DNA from: Methanomicrobia archaeon
Lineage (GTDB): Archaea; Halobacteriota; Bog-38; Methanoflorentales; Methanoflorentaceae
NCBI GenBank assembly: GCA_015661395.1
Contig: JACWML010000004.1
Location: 4,910 to 68,909 of the forward strand
Reading direction: 5' to 3'
DNA: 64,000 nucleotides
The notes below the pieces were generated by a model. The model saw only the letters and a list, made by a program, of their open reading frames with translations, ran no database searches and had not been told where the DNA came from. The translations under genes and the position numbers were made by a program. Shown here in pieces: positions 1 to 7,140 of the stretch. How positions within the stretch are numbered: position 1 is the stretch's first letter; each line of letters begins with the position of its first letter.

Positions 1-176
1 CAACGATCTTCACTAGAAAAGCAACTCCATCGTCACAGCTCGTTTGATAGATCTCTGCGGTTGTGCCAGCTAGTTCTCGGAACTCACGCGGAAGCCGGAT
101 GATCGGGTAGGCATGAGATGGCTTTGAGCTTTGGATGCTTATCGTGTGCGTGCAGATCGGTTGCATGGACAATAAT
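1..176 (-). CDS. partial CDS (5' end only, continues past the left edge); possible AbrB/SpoVT-like DNA-binding protein
   Basis: My own translation from the ATG at 176-174 stays open to position 1: MQPICTHTISIQSSKPSHAYPIIRLPREFRELAGTTAEIYQTSCDDGVAFLVKIV. It falls below the 60-aa cutoff of the ORF track. Confidence 0.35.
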
Positions 177-348
177 AAGAGACTGAACGGTTAATGATTT
201 GCATTTGCAATCATTCTCCGCTCTTAAAACATGTGGAAGCATTCAAAACGGCAGGATCGGTGAGTTGCGGCAGCGAAGGCACAATTTCCGCATTCGCCGA
301 CAGCGTATATCAAAGGAACGAATAACTCTTCTTGGTTTCGTGCGTTAT

Positions 349-1641
349 TTATGGCAGCAGAGCGCGTAGAGCAGTTACAGCTGATATAGCAGACGTTATC
401 AGAACAAGTCCGGGCTGCAGTGAAGTCCTGAAAGGACTAATTACATTGGCGTCGTATTTTTGCGTGAAAACAACATTTCTTGTCATATTCTTGGTAGCCG
501 GTTTCGCTTCTAGTTCACTCAATATCAGATTGATCGTGTGCGTTCCCGTGTTAGTAAAATGGCAGCTCCAGATTGCTTTCCCACTCGAAAAGTCGTAACT
601 GAAGTACTGTTGTTTCGCTTCATCGTCAAACTCCACGCCTGTAGCTTGAATCTCTGCTTGAAGTAACTCTTTTCGATGTTCAACGCGACTAGACTCATTA
701 AAAAAAAGGTAAAGCAAAAGACTGTGTGAATCACCGACGCGAACTTTTTTCGGCAAGACTGCGAAGATATAATCTACTGGAGATGTAGCAGATTCACGTT
801 CAAATATTGGTGTGAAACGAAATATCACTGTTAGCCGATAGCCTATATACCAAAATATTAGGTATGCGACGATAAAGGACAGGAGTCCAACAGAATTCAC
901 GACGTTAAATAAACCGCTGTACCAGAGAAGACAGAGCAGAACCGTAAAGATTATCAAAAAAAGTAGTAATGTCCCAACCGTCAATCGCCTTAAAATTCTT
1001 TCCAGCCTCATCTCATCGGCTGCCTTACCCAATTTCTTGCTAGTGCGAGCTGATAGCTCGTCTCTTGATTCCGGCGATGGTTCAAAATTTGCCACACCTG
1101 TTACAACAGTGTTAAAAAAGTCTTTTTCAAAATCATGTTGCTCTGTCAAAAGCTCTATTTTTTGCGCCTTTCCACCGATTAAAGGAAGTGCGGTCTGTTT
1201 GCGTTCGAGCGATTCGGATTCCCTTTTAAATTTGTTAAGCACATAGCTCTCAAAATCAAATTCAGAGATCTGTGGGAGGTCTAAAAAAAATGGCAGACCA
1301 CGCGCGTGAAAACTTAAAGCACAAACTTGGGTTTTGGTCAGCAAGTTTCCGAAATAAATGGCTAGTAGCGCAAAAATCACACTGAATACAATGACGAGAG
1401 AGCTTGCAATGTCCTTCAGAGCAATGCCAATCGCTGGTTTGAAAAAAACCATTATGGCTAACAGCACGGGTAACAAAACGGCTAAGATCGAGGCTTGCCA
1501 AAAAAGATGGCTAAGTCGCATTCTTAAGCGGTAATGTTCAGTCCTAATTGCTTCAAGTTCTTTAGCTATTTCTAATTCAGACTGATTACGGAAATTGTCG
1601 ACGTTGTCCTCATTAGGTCTTTGTGTCGGGTCTTTGGGCAT
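349..1641 (-). CDS. hypothetical multi-pass membrane protein (430 aa)
   Basis: Long ORF with a charged N-terminus. Two clusters of hydrophobic helices (ILAVLLPVLLAIMVFF, LVIVFSVIFALLAIYF; LLLFLIIFTVLLCLLWY, FIVAYLIFWYIGY) are separated by a charged soluble segment. A soluble C-terminal region of about 130 aa follows. No family recognised. Confidence 0.6.
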   Translation of the reverse strand: MPKDPTQRPNEDNVDNFRNQSELEIAKELEAIRTEHYRLRMRLSHLFWQASILAVLLPVLLAIMVFFKPAIGIALKDIASSLVIVFSVIFALLAIYFGNLLTKTQVCALSFHARGLPFFLDLPQISEFDFESYVLNKFKRESESLERKQTALPLIGGKAQKIELLTEQHDFEKDFFNTVVTGVANFEPSPESRDELSARTSKKLGKAADEMRLERILRRLTVGTLLLFLIIFTVLLCLLWYSGLFNVVNSVGLLSFIVAYLIFWYIGYRLTVIFRFTPIFERESATSPVDYIFAVLPKKVRVGDSHSLLLYLFFNESSRVEHRKELLQAEIQATGVEFDDEAKQQYFSYDFSSGKAIWSCHFTNTGTHTINLILSELEAKPATKNMTRNVVFTQKYDANVISPFRTSLQPGLVLITSAISAVTALRALLP

Positions 1642-1728
1642 TCGTTCCTTCCAAACGTTTTGAGTATGCGCCTTTCACTTAAATGCTTTCACCCTTTCTG
1701 TTCAATCTATATTGATTGAGAATACTAA

Positions 1729-1881
1729 TCGATTTTCCACATTCTCTACGTTGGGATTGGCGTTGCGGTCGCCTACGGGTACCGCATTCACGTGGAAGAG
1801 AAGCTTTTAACTGCAGAACTCGGCGAAGCATATGTGTCGTACGCGCGCAAGACGAAACGGCTTATTCCCTACGTGATCTGA
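1729..1881 (+). pseudogene. 3' remnant of an isoprenylcysteine carboxyl methyltransferase (ICMT/PEMT) family gene
   Basis: My own translation, SIFHILYVGIGVAVAYGYRIHVEEKLLTAELGEAYVSYARKTKRLIPYVI*, matches the typical C-terminus of this family (RIxxEExxLxxxxGxxYxxYxxxxxRLIP). The frame is closed upstream by TAA at 1726-1728. There is no start codon and only about 50 codons. Confidence 0.55.
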
Positions 1882-2083
1882 CGGAGTCTGAGCAATGAAC
1901 TACTTGTGAAAGCTATATCCTGCCAGTATCGTATTTATACGTAATATGCGTGCTCAGGCAGCGGATGCCAATAATTGCTCTATTCGACGCCCAGCCGGCT
2001 GACAGCCGTGGAGATCAAATCTAAACCCATATATAGCGTTACTTCTTAACGTTTAACGACTTAAGCAAAAGGGAGGTGACGCA

Positions 2084-2377
2084 ATGGGCGAAATAAAAAC
2101 GATCACAAAGGTTCCGGTTGGGGCCGTCGCCTTGATGGGTGCCGCAATTGAAGCCGTTTTAGGGCTTATCTTTGGAATCATTGCAGCTATAGGCATTGGA
2201 GTTGGCGTCTCGACGTTCTCTAGTTCAGTTGCTGGGGGAGCGGTCGGTGCAGTTGTCGCTATTGTCGGCGGCGTTGTCGGCGGCTTCATTGGCGGCTACA
2301 TTATAACAGCAATCATAGCACTGATCTACAATTGGTTAGCACCTAGAATTGGCGGCATTAAGCTTGAACTTGAGTGA
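2084..2377 (+). CDS. small glycine/alanine-rich membrane protein (97 aa)
   Basis: ORF preceded by a strong Shine-Dalgarno-like sequence, aagggaggtgacgcaATG. It has glycine-zipper-like hydrophobic stretches (GIGVGV, GGAVGAVVAIVGGVVGGFIGG). Confidence 0.65.
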   Translation: MGEIKTITKVPVGAVALMGAAIEAVLGLIFGIIAAIGIGVGVSTFSSSVAGGAVGAVVAIVGGVVGGFIGGYIITAIIALIYNWLAPRIGGIKLELE

Positions 2378-2420
2378 CGGCAAAGCATACGGAATCGCGT
2401 AAATCGTAGAGTTCTGACGT

Positions 2421-2457
2421 TAAACGCATAGCGTTTATCGTTACTTTTTTGTTTTTT
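2421..2457 (+). terminator. hairpin plus oligo-T terminator candidate
   Basis: Stem taaacgc-ata-gcgttta (2421-2437) is followed by ttactttttt gtttttt, downstream of the 2084-2377 ORF. Confidence 0.45.
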
Positions 2458-2901
2458 AAGACAACTGCCAGTAGCCGTGCCGGTTCGTTCTTTATAAAAC
2501 AAAAGCCACAGTGCTAAAGAACGTCTCGCGTTTCATTTTGACGAAAGGAGTGATTGGCGAAGCCAGTTCCCGAATTTCTCAAAATCCCTTAGTTAGGCCG
2601 TGAAAATGTCACTCGCTTAGTATCGCCTGCTCCTTCTTCACGAGAGACTCTAGACACCGCGCAGACCACCTTGCTTGCCGAAAAACGTGTCTGCTTAGAG
2701 TTTAAGCGTATGCCAGCAACGGGTTGAATCCTTACTCTAACAGGTCTCACTGTGAGGGTTCGATCCCTCCCTATATTGCATATAAACGTCAAAAACGTGC
2801 TCAGGCGGCTGGGCTTGAAGTCATGAAAAGAGCATGCAGCCCAGTGCAAAAAGCAGTTGCTCCTGCTGAGGTGTAGGTTGTTGTTGCTTATGATCGAAGC
2901 G

Positions 2902-3699
2902 TTAAGGAGTGGCTCCATTTATGGATACCCCTTTTTTCGCCCTTAAATAATTCTTTTGAATCACGCTTGTATTGCCTCTTAGCAACACGGGGTAGAGGCT
3001 GAAGTGCTTCGCACATCTGTCAACGTTTGCGTCAAAGTCTGGCTCATAGGAAAGACCTGTATCCACTTTGGCGATCTTCTTAAATCGTGCATGCTTCATT
3101 AACGTGAAGTCCTCGCTTAGATCTTGCCACTGAGCAGCAACCATGGGCGTCAAAAACAGCATGATGTTGTTGTTGGTGAGCCCGTTTGCATATGCCTGAT
3201 TCCCACCGAGCGCAAGGGCGATGCAGTCATCAACCGTTGCCCCATTGTCGTCAGCGAGGAAGAAAAGTTGACATGTACTGCCGTTGAAATCGTGCTCAAG
3301 AGTCCTAAGGGCGTCACAAATCCCATAGAGCACAAAGATCCCGTCTGAAAAGTCTGACATGCGCTCGATCTGGTGATATACCTCTTGCTTAAGGAGCTTG
3401 CTATCGATATGAAGCCTCAACGGAAGAGCGTAGACAACGACAGCAAGATCGTCTACGCTTCGACGGCGAAGCAGCTGCTGAAGAACGCCATGTCTTTTTG
3501 TCAAATGTCCGCCGGAATGCGCCCCCTGTCGATGCTTCTTAACGAGATTAAAGGCCCCTTCAAAATCCTTAATAAGAAAAGGGCGGTTCTGTGATCGTAG
3601 TTTTCGTGCTAGCTCCTGCTGTTCTGTGCTGTCAACGATAACAAGCTGCTTGACGTCGTCGTCATCGGCAAGAATAGAGGTAAGCTCATCTTCGAGCAT
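2902..3699 (-). CDS. hypothetical protein, possibly DUF1638-like
   Basis: 265-aa ORF. The segments DGIFVLYGICDAL and VDDCIALALGGNQAY resemble the YGxCG / DCIxxxLGSxxxY pattern I recall for DUF1638. This assignment is weak. Confidence 0.5.
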   Translation of the reverse strand: MLEDELTSILADDDDVKQLVIVDSTEQQELARKLRSQNRPFLIKDFEGAFNLVKKHRQGAHSGGHLTKRHGVLQQLLRRRSVDDLAVVVYALPLRLHIDSKLLKQEVYHQIERMSDFSDGIFVLYGICDALRTLEHDFNGSTCQLFFLADDNGATVDDCIALALGGNQAYANGLTNNNIMLFLTPMVAAQWQDLSEDFTLMKHARFKKIAKVDTGLSYEPDFDANVDRCAKHFSLYPVLLRGNTSVIQKNYLRAKKGVSINGATP

Positions 3700-3830
3700 T
3701 CTACATGAAATGATACTTAAGATGGGAATGTGGCGTCACCTTATGAACACTACTTTTTTTCCAATACTTCATATAAGCATCATACACGTTTTCAGGCAAG
3801 GGATGCTTGTAATGCTTCCAGTCGATTCCA

Positions 3831-4250
3831 CTATGGAAGAAGCTTCTCCCTGCTGATGAGTTTACTTGAAAAGACAAACAGCGCGATCGCCAGAGCGGCG
3901 ATGACGACGGCTTCAGCGAGATCTACCACGACTACTGCGATAAAAGGCAGAGTCCACGGGGTTAAGTACGCGGGCACCACCAGCAACCCCCCCAAGGCGA
4001 GGCCTAACGGCTGATTTGCCCCCGCTCTCGGCTTTTGCAATGAGCTGAACGTCATCATAGCCATCGTATCGAAAGACACGAGGGAGAGGGACAAAGCGGC
4101 GGCAATGGCCGATGCCTCGAGAGGGACGGTGAGGTCTCCTCTCAGAATTAGTCCTACCGCAACATTTGCAACGGCCACCGCTCTCACAAGGAGTGAGACG
4201 AGAATGACCCCCGCTTTAAGGTAGCGCTTGAAGATGTCTCCTTGATTCAT
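3831..4250 (-). CDS. hypothetical membrane protein (139 aa)
   Basis: ORF with 3-4 hydrophobic helices. No family recognised. It sits at the left edge of the GC-richer segment. Confidence 0.5.
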   Translation of the reverse strand: MNQGDIFKRYLKAGVILVSLLVRAVAVANVAVGLILRGDLTVPLEASAIAAALSLSLVSFDTMAMMTFSSLQKPRAGANQPLGLALGGLLVVPAYLTPWTLPFIAVVVVDLAEAVVIAALAIALFVFSSKLISREKLLP

Positions 4251-4579
4251 CCCGAGCGAGAGGAAATACTCAGCGCTGATGAGTGGAGCGCGCTGAAATC
4301 GCAGCTAGGGTTGCCGTGAGGTATCATACGCGCGTTGGCAGCACGACGGCTGCGTGAGTGAGCAGGAAATTGGCCGACGTAACTAGTGTTTGTCCGAGGT
4401 TGCCGACACTTAATGTTACATTATGCAATCCCTTCTCGTCACTCTAAGTGGGGTGGCTTTCCAACGTCTTGGCTCCGCTTTCATTATCCGTAGATTGCGC
4501 GGGAATCAACATAATGGGTACGGAGAATCCCTACCATCAGGTTATCAGTGGGGATGAGAAACACAGGCCAGGTGATGCA

Positions 4580-4918
4580 ATGAGTGAATACGAAACTATC
4601 CTCAAGGATATCGAAGAGACCTTTGGCATTGTTCCGGGCTTCATGAAAGCACTTCCTCAAGAGGTGCTTGTGCACGACTGGCCGTTGTGGAAGAAATACA
4701 CCTTAGAGCAAACGGCCATTCCCGGCAAGTATCGCGAGCTGGGCGGATTGGCAGTCGCGGCGAACATAAAGTGCCCGTATTGCCAGTTGATGCATACGGC
4801 AATGGCCCAGTTCCACGGCGCGACGCAGGAAGAGCTGGCTGAGGAGTACTACCTCGCAAGCCTTACCGCGCGGCAGATGCGCTGCTTTGCAATAGTTCGA
4901 TCAGCCTGCTTATGCTAG
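4580..4918 (+). CDS. carboxymuconolactone decarboxylase (AhpD-like) family protein
   Basis: MSEYETILKDIEETFGIVPGFMKALP...KCPYCQLMHTA shows the typical CMD-family N-terminus and CxxC motif. The start was moved from the track's 4448 to the internal ATG at 4580; an ATG at 4514 is also possible. Confidence 0.7.
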   Translation: MSEYETILKDIEETFGIVPGFMKALPQEVLVHDWPLWKKYTLEQTAIPGKYRELGGLAVAANIKCPYCQLMHTAMAQFHGATQEELAEEYYLASLTARQMRCFAIVRSACLC

Positions 4919-5414
4919 TCGACGTGTGCAGCCGTGCGTACGCCGTCGAGTAGCGGCGCCCCGTATAGACAAGGCCGATGGCATAGATCACAATTACGGC
5001 AATTGTTACCGGCCACAAGACATATGCGACAACCGCGACGAAGAAGGCGAGAATCAAGAGAGCGATTGCGGAGATGGCAGCGAGGAGGATGCCGCGATGA
5101 AACATGGCCGACAGCATGCGCTTCAGCGCACCCAACGGCCGACGCCACGCATCTCGCCGAGATTTCCGCTTGATGAACGTTTCAGCCTGCGCGAGTGTGT
5201 CAGCACGCGTGCCTTGCGTATTGTCTGTGCCGCCAAGCTGCGCACCGCATTTTCGACAGAACTTCGCACGAGAGTCTGATGGCGTTCCACACGTTGAGCA
5301 CGCAATATGCGAGGATGATGGAACTGCAGCGCTACTACTCTGCGTATTGCAAATAAGGCACGTGAGCGTATTGTTGTTGAGACGACCGCCGCAGTTGGGG
5401 CAAAACCGCTTCAT
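4863..5414 (-). CDS. double zinc-ribbon protein with C-terminal transmembrane helices
   Basis: Two zinc ribbons, CPNCGGRL...CLICNT and CSTCGT...CRKCGAQL, followed by the hydrophobic stretch ILLAAISAIALLILAFFVAVVAYVLWPVTIAVIVIYAIGLV. Confidence 0.6.
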   Translation of the reverse strand: MKRFCPNCGGRLNNNTLTCLICNTQSSSAAVPSSSHIACSTCGTPSDSRAKFCRKCGAQLGGTDNTQGTRADTLAQAETFIKRKSRRDAWRRPLGALKRMLSAMFHRGILLAAISAIALLILAFFVAVVAYVLWPVTIAVIVIYAIGLVYTGRRYSTAYARLHTSTSISRLIELLQSSASAAR

Positions 5415-5524
5415 GAAGCACGAGTTCCGCTTTTTCGAGTACAGGATTTATCAAGCTCAAAAATGAAAAAGCTTGCGATCTCAGATCTGCTCATGTTTGG
5501 TCGTTCCCTACAGCTTGAACACTC

Positions 5525-6206
5525 TCAAGACGCAGAACCTGCGCTCCACAGACCGAGGTGCTCTTGCTGCGCCTGTAATTGAGCGTCGTAAAACAGCCCC
5601 TCACAAGATACGTCGGGTTTATACGGCGTTGCCCTCGCGTACCCCTCTCGCACGAGTTCGTAGTTCACGAGCACGTTTTCCACAAACACGAAGCGCAGCA
5701 ATCGCCCGTAGCGGTCGGTTTCAGAGACGTCTTTGACAAGGGTCACTGGCTTGCCCGCGACGAGCTCCGTCCCGTGTGGTGGCTTCAGGGCCAAGCCACT
5801 CTTTCTTTGTTGTATCCTCAGGGGCGTTCATACCGATGTACCGCACCTTGTAATCCGTGCCGTTAATGAGCACGTGAATCGTGTCCCCATCAATGACCTT
5901 CGTGACCACCCCGACTGAAGTGCTCGCCGGCGTTTCGTGGATACACGGGAAGCTCGTTGCAGCGGTGAGCGGGACAGACGGCATCGGCGTGGCCGTGCTT
6001 CGAGGAGCTGTCGTCGGCGTGGGTGAAGGGTGCACGCTCGTGGCGCCCCCGTGTGCGCCACTCGCAACGGACGCTGTCGGAACCTCCGATGGTGCGTTTG
6101 TTGCCTGAATCGTGGTGTTACCCACTCGCTGATCGGTGCATCCGCAGACAGAAATAATGAGTGCTACTGCAATTATCGCGTAAAAAGCGGGCCTGATGCC
6201 CTTCAT
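5525..6206 (-). pseudogene. thermonuclease (staphylococcal nuclease/SNase-like) lipoprotein gene interrupted by a frameshift
   Basis: Two overlapping minus-strand ORFs in different frames. The 5' ORF has a signal peptide plus a Cys lipobox-like site (IISVCGCTD) and VVTKVIDGDTIHVLINGTDYKVRYIGMNAPE. The 3' ORF has ELVAGKPVTLVKDVSETDRYGRLLRFVFVENVLVNYELVREGYA...HLGLWS. Together they make one SNase domain. The frame switch is near 5765-5795. Confidence 0.7.
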
Positions 6207-6587
6207 GAATTTAAAGAGAGCGGGGGATGGCTTATAACGTTTTTCCTTTAGCTGCGACCCTTTTTGCTGGAGCCGGGTATCTAACAGAATCCGGAGCGCC
6301 TAATTTCGACGGTGCTTTTCTTGCGGCGAGTTATATCACTCCTGACGACTAGTATGCCAGATTATGCAGTGGCACGCGGCCAAGCAAGAGTTTTCAAGCA
6401 GCTGACCGCCTTAGTTGTGCGTGTCCCAAGTGCCTGTCGTACATAACCTCCCCCCTCACTTCAACCGCCGGCTGGTGATTGAAATCACCGCAACTTTTCT
6501 GAAGAGAACAAGCCGACCGTGTGGGCCTTTCGTGGCTTCGAGTTTGAAGCCGCTATTCCAGCGGGCAGCAGTTTTTTACAAAAAGCG

Positions 6588-6615
6588 GAGCCCAATTTGG
6601 CGAGCCCAATTTGGC
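6588..6615. repeat. perfect tandem direct repeat, 2 x 14 bp (gagcccaatttggc)
   Basis: Read directly: gagcccaatttggc at 6588-6601 and again at 6602-6615, in the non-coding region upstream of the terminase genes. Confidence 0.9.
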
Positions 6616-6831
6616 GTTATCGCGCAGTCTGGTTTATATAGGACGGTTAGATAGCGTTCTGTATTGATTCATAATAGGAGTAGCATGACACAAAATCTGA
6701 ATACGAGGTCGGTTACGATCGACAAACTTGTTGTTCCCTCGCGCTGGCCCACAGAGATCCAAGGGCTCGGTCTCGACGGAACGCGTTTCGAAAGAACAGG
6801 GGTGGACAGATTAAGGAGAGGCGGTTGGTAA

Positions 6832-7140
6832 ATGTCCCCCTACGCAGACCCCCAACAACGTCGCGAATACGACAAAGAACGCAAGCAGAAGCAGCGTTCC
6901 CAGGGGCGGACAAAAAAAAGGGAGGATACACGTCCAACCGAACTTGAAATCAAGAACGCTGAAGATCTGCGCGGCCTATTCAACGAGGTTGTCACCGACG
7001 CGCGAAACGCCGATGGCACTTCACTCCCGCTTGAGGCCAAGTTGCGAATCAAGTTACGCGCCGTGGAAATCGGCCTCCGGGTCATTGAGATCACGAATCA
7101 CGAGCAACGCATAGCCGCGCTCGAGGAGCAATCAAAATGA
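6832..7140 (+). CDS. small basic coiled-coil protein, candidate terminase small subunit / DNA-binding partner of TerL
   Basis: 102-aa ORF with a basic N-terminus (PYADPQQRREYDKERKQKQRSQGRTKKRED). Its stop overlaps the terminase large subunit start in ATGA (7137-7140). The function is inferred from position only. Confidence 0.4.
   Translation: MSPYADPQQRREYDKERKQKQRSQGRTKKREDTRPTELEIKNAEDLRGLFNEVVTDARNADGTSLPLEAKLRIKLRAVEIGLRVIEITNHEQRIAALEEQSK

Noticed and set aside
2754-2770. GAGGGTTCGATCCCTCC, a T-arm-like motif that suggested a tRNA gene on the plus strand.
   Set aside because: With a 7-nt loop the stem has an A-C mismatch. The 7 nt that follow (ctatatt) have no complementary 5' acceptor strand within 120 nt upstream, and I could not fold a D-arm or anticodon arm. 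At most it is a relic, so it is kept only as part of the spacer finding.
4915-6251. A dense stack of overlapping ORFs on both strands (4915-5148, 4926-5279, 5104-5466, 5473-5736, 5579-5866, 5828-6067, 5881-6108 and others).
   Set aside because: High GC content suppresses stop codons. The translations are Arg/Ala/Pro-rich with no motifs. The zinc-ribbon gene and the frameshifted nuclease account for the coding signal.
6588-6615. I checked whether the direct repeats here, and at 56662-56767, could be CRISPR arrays.
   Set aside because: Both are two abutting copies with no spacers. One lies inside a coding repeat gene. There are no cas genes and no repeat-spacer periodicity anywhere in the window.
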